From positions 44,433,847 through 44,497,846 of the forward strand of contig CP154954.1 in assembly GCA_039621445.1 (NCBI GenBank): a DNA stretch of 64,000 nt. The letters run 5' to 3'. Positions within the stretch are counted from its first letter, which is position 1. The number at the start of each line of letters is the position of its first letter. This document shows positions 1 to 11,046 of this stretch, in pieces. The notes under the pieces are model-generated. The model saw only the letters and a program-made list of their open reading frames with translations, did no database searches and was not told where the DNA came from. The DNA is from Euglena gracilis (lineage: Eukaryota). The translations under genes were made by a program, and so were the position numbers.

Positions 1-1443
1 AAAAAATTTCGAAAATTTTGGAAAAATAATACCCCCCCCCAAATAATACCCCCCCCCTCGGGCCGGGACTTCGGGCGAAAAAATAATACCCCGGGGGGGG
101 GTATTATTTGGGGGGGGGGTACCAAAAATTACCGAAACCCCCGCCCTGCTTTCAGGCCCAAAAATGATGAAAATTGTGATATTTTGAGATCTTTGAGACA
201 AAAAAAAGCAGGAGGAATTTCAATTTAGACCAATTAACACCTGAAAAATTTAGGTGTTTTTTGGAAACCCGAAAAAAGATGATTTTGGGGTCTGAGGTCA
301 ATAAAAAATAATACCACCCCCGCTGGAGGTTTCCAATAATGGACCCAAAAATAAGACCAGGGTCATATTTTGGGGGAGGAATTAAATCTCTCCTTGCCTC
401 CGTCTTTTTTGTACATTCAGCATGATATTGTGTCATTGGGGAGAAAGATTGTCCCAAGTCTTTTGTTTACACTGCGCCGCAAGCGCATCCTTGCGTCCTG
501 ACCTCGGTTTGGTGCCACTGTTCTGTCACACGTTGTGGTTGTCAGGGTGATGGCAGTCAGGGCCTCGCTTAAGCCGGAGATGATCCCCTCTCATTGGAGC
601 GGGGCTGCCTCTCCAGGAGGCTCCACGGCCGCTTCTAGCCCTGGATGGACTGACTCTCTTTCCCTCCACCAACCAAAATATTTATTTTTTTGTCCAACCT
701 CCCTTTGGCAATTGGACAACGATGGACCTTGGGCCATGGCAGGCGCAGAAATGCAAAAAAAGGCAAAAATGGGTTGAAAGTGTGCCGTTGTGCTCAAGCT
801 CGCCGCTGTGCTCAAGGGCGGGGGGGATTTGGATGGCCACGTGAACAACGAGCCCGTCATCTTTGGACCCCCTCCACATGTGTGCCCGTGTGTCCTGGGC
901 AGGAAGAAAAGATGGGAGAACGAGTATGGTTGCTTGCACAGAAACACGCGTTTTATGAAACTTGGAACAGTTGCGGAAAACTCTTCAATTACCACCCAAG
1001 CCTATGGAACGGGCCAACCCTCACCCCCCCCCTAACCCAAATAAAAGCAAGCAGTCGTTTCATATTTCCGAAAACCGCATCGGGGGTTGCTTGTATTTCG
1101 GGGTTCCTTATATTTGGAATGTCGCTGATTTCTCCAATTTCCAGCCGCTTTCATGAAACATTTTGTCATGGCGTCCAGTCAGGGTTGCTTACATTTGGGG
1201 TTGCTTGTATTTGGGTCACCCAAAAATCGGCCAAAAGCTTGCTTATATTTGGAGGTTGCTTATACAGGTTATGCAAGGTTGCTTATATATGGGGGTTGCT
1301 TATAGGGGGATATTTGTTCAGGGACCAAAGGGGCGAACGTCGGACATGGACCCACCAGGGGTTTCCATGTCAGCTGGGAGCTGGACCTGGCAGGTACCCC
1401 CCCAAAAATGCCTCAAAAAGCCCAAATCCAGCTGGGTTGGGAT

Positions 1444-1887
1444 CAGGCTTTTGCTTAGGGCCCCCCGGGGGGGGGGGGGGGGTACTGGCTAGCCAATCGG
1501 CTAGACACTGGAAAAAGTGGACTAGCTAGCCCCCCCCCTCCCCCCGGGGGGGGGGGTCTGGGGGTCCCCCGGACTGGAAAAAAAATTTTCCTCCGGCGCA
1601 CAGCGCCGGAGGAAAAATGAGGTTTTTAACAGGTTTTGGGCTGATTTTGTTCCAAAAATTCCCAAAAATGGCCAAAAACGGGCATTTTGGGCCATTTTTG
1701 GGGGTCCCAAAAAAAATTTTCGGCGCTTTGCGCCGGTCACTGGAAAAATTTTTCCACTAGCTAGCCCTGCTAGCAGACCCCCCCCCGGGGGGGGGTCTGC
1801 TAGAAAACCCACTAGCCAAATTTGGACTAGCTGCAGTCCAGCCCCCCCCGGGGGGGGGGGTACTGCAATCCCTTAAGCAAAAGCCTG
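1444..1887. mobile_element. hAT-like MITE family 1 (TIR CAGGCTTTTGCTTA(A/G)G)
   Basis: TIRs caggcttttgcttag / cttaagcaaaagcctg, flanked by a perfect 8-bp TSD gttgggat. Further copies at 11568, 12376, 13182 and 22627. Confidence 0.9.
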
Positions 1888-2069
1888 GTTGGGATCAGCC
1901 ATAAATAAGAGGTGTAAACCCCCCAAAACCACCCAAAAATGGACATCTTTTGGCCATTTTTGATCCCCGGTTTCCCAAAGATTTTGGCGCTTTACGCTGA
2001 AGATTCTTCGGTCCATCCTGGCTTTTGGACCCAACTTTATTTCAGTGGACCCCCCAGGAGGGTCCGCAG

Positions 2070-2384
2070 CAGGCTGTTTTTTACCAACCCCAGAGGGGGG
2101 GGTCCGGAGTGCCCTTGAGTGCCTGCACAGGCAGGCACTACCCCCCCCCCCCCCGGGGGGGCGTATTTCGGCCTGTGCCCAAGAATTTACCCAGAAAATA
2201 AGCCATTTTCCTTGAAAATAGGCCTTTTTTTTGAGCCTTCTGGCGCCTTTGGTGCCGGAGTGTCTGCTAGGCACTTTTCGCCAAGTGCACCCCCCCGGGG
2301 GGGTCGGATTTGGAGTGCCTTGGAGTGCCTGCCCAGACAGGCACCCCCCCGGGTTGGGTTGGCACCCGACTAAAATACAGCTTG
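2070..2384. mobile_element. hAT-like MITE family 2 (TIR CAGGCTGT)
   Basis: caggctgtttt...aaatacagcttg; 8-bp TSD gtccgcag/gtctgcag (7/8). Confidence 0.85.
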
Positions 2385-4553
2385 GTCTGCAGCCCAGCAG
2401 GAGGTGCTGGCTGGCTGGACCCCGGCGGGGGGGGGGGGGGTAGGATCCCCTCTTGCTTAAGAAAACCCTGAAACCCACTGTACAGAAAGCTAAAGAAAAA
2501 TTAATGAACCCTCAGAAAAATGTCCTGGGTGAGCATCAAAGGTCGCGGGGGCCCAAGCTCCTTGCCAAGTGCCCTTTTGGCCATGTGCCCTACCCCCCCC
2601 CCCTTGCGTCAGGGTTGGATATGGGTGCTTTGGAGCGCCTGCGCAGGAAATGCGGAAATGCCAACCCACCTCTCCCCAGCCTCCAAAGTGATTCCCCGGT
2701 CCAGGCTCCAGGCTTTGCCTGCCCGGGAACCCAGGGACAGTACCGCGGGACTTTGGCCAAACACCAGAGCACTTGACTGACAAGAAAATTGGACGAAATG
2801 CTATCACCCCTTTCCCCCTCCCTGCAGGGGGCTGAAAACAGGTCACCACAAGGGAGCAAAGGGGATGGGTTCACTGTGGGTCAAAAGGGGCTGACTTGGG
2901 CCCAATGTATTTCGCAAACAAATCCCTGCCTGAACAGTGGAAGGAAAAAGGAGGGAAAGTGGAAACGTGGGAAAGTGGGGTCAGGGGGGGAACGCCCTGA
3001 GAGGGACACTTTGACAGCTGAGAGGGGCACTGAACGCCGCCGTGGGCTACCACAGGCGTGAGCTGGGGGTGGGGAGGGCCAGACGTATGGGAAGCCCTGA
3101 TGGGGGGGTCTGGTCCCCCTCCCAACACAGGGGGGGGGGGGGGTCGGACCCCCCCCCCCTACCTCGAAATGGAAAGGAGCCAGGAAACTCTTCGGTTCTG
3201 TGGATGATCAAAGAGCTGGATACCAGGCCAAAATTATTGAAAAATAACAAAAAAATCCAAAAATGCTGATTACAATTTTTTTTGAATTTTTTAGTTTTTT
3301 GAAATTTTGTTTTCACGTGGAAAACATCAAAACATCCAACAATGTGCTATGTGCTTACACATGAGGAAAGATGCCACTTTTGGATTTTCCAGTGTGCAGA
3401 GTCAGAAACAAAATTTTTGCTGCAAAGGGGGGTGGGGGTCCGGAGACCCCCTCCCAACATCAGGGGGGGGGAACCAGTTTTTGTGTGGTGCTCTGCTTAG
3501 CTCTTTACGTGTCTGATAGTGCCATGCTGCAGCAGTTGTTTGAGGCTTGTGACAGCCAGGGGGGGGGCCCACCCCGGCCCGGCTGGCGGCCCGGCAGCCC
3601 AGTGGCTGGCCGTGGTCTCCACGAGGCGATAGAGGGCCGGCTACTTAGGCAGCCGGATTCGCACTTAAGGGTTTTTCCTTTAGAATTTGCGCATTTGCGC
3701 AAATGCACAAATTCTACGAAACTCCTGGACCCTGTACCGTGACACAGGGAGAACAGATTATGAGCTGTGATGCCCCATTGTTGAGGGAGTAACTCGGGGT
3801 AGTTTGGTATGCATGTTACTTACCGTGTGACGCAGAGAGGGCGGAGGGTGAGATTGGTGCTTGTACATCAAACAGGAGAGAGGCACACACCCTTTGTTAC
3901 GACACTTGGAAATGGTGCTGAAGTCCTGGCTGAACTGGCTTGGATACTACCGCTGCCGGTAAGAACACACGGAGCCTCATTACATCACACACCACAGACT
4001 ACGTTCCCCAGCCGTCACGCAACTGATGTGTGTTTGTGGGCGCAATTGCGCATATTAAAAAAAATTACGTTTGTGGGCGCATTTGCGCAAATAAAACGCA
4101 AAACATTGAAAGAAAAAATACATGTTTGTGGGCCCAAATGCGCCCACAAACAAATTTGGTGGTGCGCGCATTTGCGCAAATGCGTGCACAAACAAAGTTT
4201 TGTTTATTTGCGCAAATGCGCAAATAAACATGTATTTTTATTTTCCATGTTAAAAGACACCAATGAGGACCATGACCCTACGAGGTTTTAAAACGTGATG
4301 TGCGTGTTGTTGAGCGCAATTGCACAAATAAACAATTATGTTTGTGCGCGCATTTGCGCAAATGCGCACACAAAAATTTAATAAACCGCTTCATAATGAC
4401 GTGTTTCAGCGAGCCTTAACAGACACAAACAAAATGTGTTTATTTGCGCAAATGCGCAAATGAACAAACATCAGTTGTGCGATACCATCTCCTCATTTGT
4501 GACAGCTGGCGAACGCAATTCCTTACGCCAACCATTGATTTGCACCACGATTA

Positions 4554-4944
4554 CCCCCCCCCCCTATGTCCAATGACCGGTAACCTCTGTCCTCTGACCG
4601 GGGGGGTGGTCGTTGGACATAGGGTAGTGACCAAAAAGGTGTCCTCTGACCGGGGGGGTGGTCGTTGGACATGGGGTCAAAAGAAAGTTGGTGGGTACCC
4701 GGGTCCCTACCCACCCAAAAATGCCCAAATTTTCCCTTCCGGCTTCGCGCCGAAAATTTTGGGCAATTTTGACAAATTTTTGTCCAAAAAAGTGTCAAAA
4801 ATGGCATTTTGGCCAAATTTTTGGCCAATTTTTGGCAAAATTTTTGGCAAAAAAATTGGTCAAACCTCCGAAAAGGTGTCCTCTGGCCGGGGGGGGGGGT
4901 GGTCATTGGACATAGGGGGGTCGTTGGACATAGGGGGGGGGGGG
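4554..4944. mobile_element. Tc1/mariner-like MITE (TA TSD), family T1
   Basis: ta|ccc..ctatgtccaatgacc ... ggtcgttggacataggg..g|ta. Related copy at 40058-40652 and a partial one at ~43490-43678. Confidence 0.75.
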
Positions 4945-4985
4945 TACGTGGTGATGAAATTTGTGGTGAGAGGTAGTGAGTAATG

Positions 4986-5810
4986 TTCACTGACTGGCCA
5001 AAATTTGCCGGCCTTACGTGTGTACGATTGTACTGCTGTTCCCTGGCCCGAACGGCCTGTTCCTTTGGCGTCATCCGTTTGGGAGTTAAACGTCATGAAT
5101 TGATGACATGCAAACGACCTGTGACTGTTCGACACCTTTTCTGCAACAGGACTGTGTTACAAGAATTCAAAAATTTGGAACCTGAAATACCCGGGATGCG
5201 TCGGGCCGTAATCCGTTTTCTGGTTATTCTGCACCATTTTCGAAAAAAGTAAAAACACAACCAGTGTGTGGATTTTGGGGGGTGAGGCGATTTGATCCTT
5301 TTCCGGCTCCTTTTCTTCACCCAACCTTAATTTCTCCCCAAACCCCCCCCCCCTGCTCGCCCCCCTTGTCCCCCCAATTTTGATCCGGTCATAAACCCTT
5401 CCCATTTTGGCCAAATTTTGGCCAATTTTTTGGCTACCACTTATTTCCGACAAAAAAATGGTCTGGAACCCTCCTTGTCTCTCCCATTTTTAACCCTGTC
5501 CCCTCCCTTCCTACGGACACTACATATCTTTTCGTTGGAAACGTGGTGTGGTGTGAGTTTTTCACTGACTGGCCATCCCTACCCCCATTTAATCCTCTGT
5601 GTACGATTTCTGATTTCCCTGGCCCGACACGGCCCTGTTCCTTTTATCCGGACGTCTTTAGTATCCACGTCTTTCACCATGCACTATTGACTGTTCCCCT
5701 TTTCTCGCAACAGGACTGTGTTACAAGATGATCAAAAATTTGGAACCTGAAATACCGGCAGAGCCCGTCGGGTGCCGTACTCCACATTTATTTTTTATTC
5801 TGTCACCATT
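4986..5810 (+). repeat. Imperfect ~250-bp direct repeat pair (~4986-5245 and ~5561-5810)
   Basis: Shared blocks ttcactgactggcca, aacaggactgtgttacaaga and caaaaatttggaacctgaaatacc. Confidence 0.7.
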
Positions 5811-5877
5811 TTCTCTGGACACACCATTTTTTGTGCATTTTCTGAGTCCGCACAGCTTTGATGCGACCAATCCAGTG

Positions 5878-6213
5878 CATACCATTGCTTAGCGACCCCC
5901 GGAGGGGGGAGGGGGGGGTCACTTTCCCCTCTGAAAAAACCAGTCAGTCACTTTTTCCGAAAAAACCAGTCAGTCACTTTACCCCCCCCCCCCAGGGGGA
6001 TCGGCCACTCTTCAGGAGGCAATGAAATTTTGCCAAAAAATCTTAAAAAAATCCAAAAAAAATTCCGGCGCCTTCGGCGCCAGGCCAACCACTTTTTCAT
6101 TTTTGGGCCGACCCACCCCCCCCCCCCCCCGGGGGGCGGGGGCTCTGGGCCAAAAAACCAGTCAGTCACCCCCCCCGGGGGGGTGGGTAGGACAGGTGTT
6201 AAGCAATGGTATG
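5878..6213. mobile_element. hAT-like MITE (TIR CATACCATTGCTTA)
   Basis: cataccattgctta ... taagcaatggtatg; 8-bp TSD atccagtg/atccggtg (7/8). Confidence 0.85.
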
Positions 6214-7709
6214 ATCCGGTGGTAAAGGTTCAACACTTCCTTGCACCCAAAGTAACGGGTGTTTGAGGGCCACCTTTCTCCAGCTGCTGGTTGCCATGCA
6301 CTGGCACCACGTTGTCCCCCCAATCTCACACCCCGGTGGCGGGTATAACGTGGCCGCTAAAGCTGGGTGTTGTTGCACCGGGGAGGTTGATGCCGGTCTG
6401 GTGTGTGCTGAAGCATCAGCAGCTGATGTGGCTGCAGCAGCGGAGCCGAGGCTGCGGGCCAGTGACAGGGCCCTTGGGACCCAAAAATCGGTGCCGGTGG
6501 ACGTGTACCGTTACTTGGTGGCTCGCACCCACCTTCCGGAGATCCTCTGTCTCCATCTTTTGTGGGACTTGTCAATGGTCCAAAAATGGCACCATAACAC
6601 CATATGCTGGAGGAGACGGTGCGGTCATTTGGGTTGAACCCATTCAGAAGCCACTAAGGGTAGCAGTAGGAGGGTCAAATGAAGTCGCTCTTTACTTCTC
6701 CATTGGTTGTTCATTTGCGCATTTGCGCGCATCACGTTGTTTTTTGGGCGCAAATGCGCAAATAAACCAGATATAAATTGTGCAGTTTCTTCATGCAGAT
6801 TATTTGCGCATTTGCACCCACAAACAATGTGATGTGCTGTCGGTGTTTGACAGTTATGTTTCCGTCACACCGTTCTTCTTTGTGTTTATTTGCGCATTTG
6901 CGCAAATAAACACAAAGAACATGTTTGTTTGCGCATTTGCGCAAATGCGCGCATAAACATAATTTGTGTTTGTGCGCGCATTTGCGCCCATGAGCTTGCG
7001 CCGTCAACAAATAATTTGTCGAACCCACCAATTGGACGGCCCGTTGGTCTGCGCACTCACAGCTCCTTTGTCACGCCGTTTTTCGACGGCGTCAGTTCAT
7101 GGTTTACTAAAGCCCAATCCTTGAAGGACATGTTTGTGTTTATTTGCGCAAATGCGCAAATAAACATGATTATGTTGGTGCGCGCATTTGCGCAAATAAA
7201 CACAATTTTGTCCTTCCAGTGTTGGGCTTCTGTTGGGTTCTTTGCCACACAACTGGTTGTGTGGATCCTGGGCATAAGCCGGGTGGCAGACACCCGTCCC
7301 CTTCAGTCGCTGTGGACCCCTTTTCTTCCCCCCTGCGCATTCCTTGCCAAACACCCCGCACTCACCTTCCTTCCCCTGTGTCCTTCCCGCCCGCTTGGTC
7401 ACACCACACCCACACACCCCGGCACTTCCTCCCCGCGCTTTAACAAACAACCCAAAAACACCACACCAAGGTGCCACAAACAAAGCAGTCCGGCAAAGGA
7501 CACACACCGCCGGCAGCTCGGGCACACCCGGGGACACAGCCGAAAGAAGCAACAAGAGTAAAGGTCCCATTCCTTTGCCGCTTCTTTTTTTGTCATTTTT
7601 TCCCTTTTGGCCGGCAAGGTCCCGGGGGTTTCGACGTGCAAAGTCCATTTTCAGAAGTGTGCAAATAAACATAAAAAAGCTTAAGTGCGAATCCGGCCGC
7701 CTAAGTTCT

Positions 7710-8460
7710 AGGGGCTCTATTTTAGGTCCCCAGTCATTTCTTTTGATTCCCCACCATTTTGGAGATGTTTGAAAATTTCGATTTTTTGACCCCGAACATG
7801 GGGTCAAAACTGCCAAAAGTCGAAACAGGCCAACAACAAAACAATACAGATTTGGAGCGAAACAGGCTTAAAATGGCCAATACTCGGGCCAGCTGTGGAG
7901 TTAAGGGGAAATCAGAATCTCTTAGACAGGGCGTTCCAAGGGCTTCAATTTAGGTCTCCGGACATTTCCTTTAATTTTGCTTCATTTCCGAGATATTTGG
8001 AAACATCGATTTTTTGACAAAAAAAAACTGCCCAAAAAAACACCACAAAATGGTCGTTTTGGGCCACAAAAGGGCGCCGGAACACAAGCCAGGAGGTTTT
8101 GGGCGTTAAAGCGGCGAATGGGGGGGATAGAGGGCCTCTGGGGGTACATTTCGTCTGACCAACACTTCTGGAAATTATGTACATTTTCTCGAGATATTTT
8201 CGAAATTGATTTTTTTGACCAAAAATCTCACCCCGGCGAAATGGCAGAGGCAAACCGAGGGGGGGGGTGGCTAATCCTACCCAGTTTGGACCCCTTAGCG
8301 GGTGTAACTCGGGCCTGGCGGGGAGTTTGGGGTCAAATGGCGGTGATTCGGAAACTTGGGATCCAGTCGCTTGCGACTGCCAAAAAAATTCCGGGAACTG
8401 GGCCGGGGTCATGGTGATAATCGGCAGTTTTCATTACCTACCCAGGGACGGGGGGGGGGG
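7710..8460. repeat. Dispersed repeat family (AATTTAGGTCTCCGGACATTTCC / TAACTCGGGCCTGGCGGGGAGTTG)
   Basis: The same motifs recur at ~31250-33330 and ~44800-46330. Confidence 0.7.
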
Positions 8461-9515
8461 GTCTACCCCCCTTTTCCCCGGTGGTCAGCGAAGAGATCGC
8501 TGAAGAGATCAGAGCTCAGTGACTCCCCACCACCTCAATACCAACAGACCAACAGACTTCACATACATCTTTGGGAGGGCGCAAATTTTGCATAGCCAGG
8601 GTTTGCATAGGCCGCAAAGATGCGCTTGGAAATGGGCCAAAGCCAGACAAAGAGGAACAAAAAGGTTTTTTGCTGTTGCGGATGTTGCCTTGTACCCTCC
8701 CTGAGCAGCCGTGGTTACCAATTTTTGGCCTGACAAGAAGCACTGATTACTATTGCTTTTAGACCGATTGGCAGAAGAAGACATCGAGACTCTTTGGGCA
8801 GAGAACAAAAAAAATGCCAACCTGGAGCGGCCCAGAAGCACCACTGCAACCTTCGATATCTCCCCAAAACGCGGGGTGAGGGTTGCGAGTGGCTGGAGTT
8901 TAGGTTGGGGTTCAGGTTTGGAAAACAGCCAGGTTTGGATGAAGGTTCAAATCAGGGATAGGATTGGGTGAGATTTGGGGGGGGGGGGGGCTGGGGATAA
9001 CCATGCATGCTGCGGCATACCAATGGTACCTATGGTATGCCATGGCATACCAATAACATGCATGCTGCCTGGCGCTGATACCTCAGGACGTCAGACCTCT
9101 CGTCACCGGGGAAGACCTTTGGGTCGGACGCGAACCTGGACGGCCTTTCTGGGACACTTGTAGCTCCACCTTTCCTTCCTCTCTTCCTCTTTGCACATTT
9201 GCCCCCCCCCCAAGGGGCTGGGCGAAAGCGGGTCAGCAATGGCCCACACGCGGCAGCCGCTGAAGGGCGGGAAAGGGGATGGCACAACGGCAGGAAGGGG
9301 CGGGGGCGGGGCAAAAGAGCCTGAGGGGCTGCTTTGGGGCCGGAGGTTTCACCCGTGGTCCCTTGCCGCGCGGACAGCGTTGTCCGACCCGATGCAGTCG
9401 CATCGGAAGACGGGTTGATCATGGGGGGAGACCTTGATTGCAGACATTGATTGCAATTTTGATGCGTTGGCGCAGATCCCTGTGTGCAAAGTCAAACAAA
9501 CCTTCCGGAGGGGAG

Positions 9516-9811
9516 CAGGCTGTTTTTTTTAACCAACCCCGGGGGGGGGGAGGGGGGTCCGGAGTGCCTGTGAGTGCCTGCCCAGGGAGGCACTACCCCC
9601 CCGGGGGTCGAATTTCGGCCTGTGCCCAGGCAAATTCCTTTGAAAATAGGCCATTTTTGGCTCCCCGGCGCCTTCGGCGCCGGGGTTGTGCTGGGGCACT
9701 TTTGGCTGTGTGCCCCCTGGGGGGGGTTGGATTTGGAGTGCCTTGGAGTGCCTGCCCAGGCAGGCACCCCCCCCCCAGGGTGGGATCGGCACCCGACTAA
9801 AATACGGCCTG
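9516..9811. mobile_element. hAT-like MITE family 2
   Basis: caggctgtttt...aatacggcctg; perfect 8-bp TSD gaggggag. Confidence 0.9.
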
Positions 9812-10436
9812 GAGGGGAGGTGACAGTTTTTCTGTTAAAACAGTTCTTTTTTTTGACCAATCATTAAATACCCGTTGTCGGCAGGCTTTTTTAAAGACCC
9901 CGGGGGGGTTAATTAGCCAGCCATTTTACAAGCCACTAGAAAGAAGCCACAAGTTAAATCCTTCGGGGGGGGGGGGGGGGGCGGGGTCCCCCAAATGGTA
10001 AAAAAAAAATTCTCCGCACCGAGGGAAAAATTGGACCTTTAATATGCTTTTTTGGGATGACTTTGTTCCAAAAAAAAAAACAACCAAAAATTGCTAAAAC
10101 TGGGCATTTCTTGGCCGGTTAGTGGATCCACCCTGGGGGTCCACTACGATTCCCATTGGCCAAATGTGGGCAAGCTGAAACCCAGCCCCTGCCCCCCCCC
10201 CCTTGGTGCAATGCGAACCCTTTCCCAGAAGCCTGCTCGAAGGTGTGTGGGTCACTGTTGGCAAAAAGAAAAATTATGAGAGAAAGATTTGGCGAGCAGG
10301 GGGGGGGGAACCTAACCAGAACCATGAAAATCCAAATTGTATTTTAATCTGGGCACTCTCGATTGCTCGTTCTCTGAACAACCATAACATCATACATCTC
10401 TTTAAGGACCCCGGGGGGGTTGCTGGGGAGGGTTAC

Positions 10437-10730
10437 GGTAGGAGGAGGCTCCGTAGGAGGAGGCTCTAGAGCCTCCGCGAACTCCGTTCGAGGAGGCTCT
10501 AGAGCCTCCTCGAACGAAATTCGAGGTCGTTCGAGGAGGCTCTAGAGCCTCCTCGAACGAAGTTCGAGGTCGTTCGAGGAGGCTCTAGAGCCTCCTCGAA
10601 CGTGGTTCGAGGAGGTTCGAGGAGGCTCTAGAGCCTCCTCGAACGAAGTTCGAGGACGTTCGAGGAGGCTCTAGAGCCTCCTCGAACCAAGTTCGAGGAC
10701 GTTCGAGGAAGTTCTAGAGCCTCCTCCTAC
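10437..10730. repeat. Foldback unit built from the 24-bp palindrome CGAGGAGGCTCTAGAGCCTCCTCG
   Basis: About 7 palindrome copies with short related spacers; ends gtaggaggaggctc / gagcctcctcctac. Confidence 0.85.
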
Positions 10731-10837
10731 TTACATACATGTGGGTATCAGGAGTCCAGGATAAAAAATTTCGAAATGATATCTCTGTCTTTCAGTCACT
10801 CTCTCTCTCTATCACTCTCTCGTATTCATAATGTGTT

Positions 10838-11046
10838 TGTGTGCATGTTCACCCTAACCCTATCCCTTCAATTAACATTATACCTGCTTTTATCTTACAA
10901 AGTTTTCTGTGTGCATGTTCCCTTCAACTCGCTTTATCTTCCAAATATTTTGTGTGCATGTTCACCCTAACCCTATCCCTTCAATTAACAACATAACCCC
11001 CTTTATCTTCCTAACCCTAACCCTAAGTTTAACCCTAACCCTAACC
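10838..11046 (-). repeat. Interstitial telomere-like (CCCTAA) degenerate repeats and minisatellite
   Basis: ccctaaccctaa tracts and a repeated tgtgtgcatgttcaccctaaccctatcccttcaattaaca unit. Confidence 0.8.

Larger units (their letters stand above)
3644..7705. mobile_element. Non-autonomous CTTAGG-TIR element with GCGCATTTGCGCAAATGCGC subterminal palindromes and nested MITEs
   Basis: 26-bp TIRs cttaggcagccggattcgcacttaag / cttaagtgcgaatccggccgcctaag (one mismatch). Palindrome clusters at ~3687-4460 and ~6715-7200. Ends resemble those of 55013-61649. No clean TSD (ggcta vs ttcta). Confidence 0.7.

Noticed and set aside
690-1529. 279-aa ORF, and similar Gly/Pro/Lys/Phe-rich ORFs throughout the window
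   Set aside because: They run through ggggttgcttatatttgg repeats and MITEs and show no domain motifs.
3639-7710. 5-bp TSD for the non-autonomous CTTAGG element
   Set aside because: The flanks ggcta and ttcta match only 3/5 and the flanking sequences look unrelated.
10437-10730. CRISPR-like array of palindromic repeats (also 14368-14670)
   Set aside because: The spacers are short, mutually similar and palindromic; there are no cas genes and the context is eukaryotic.
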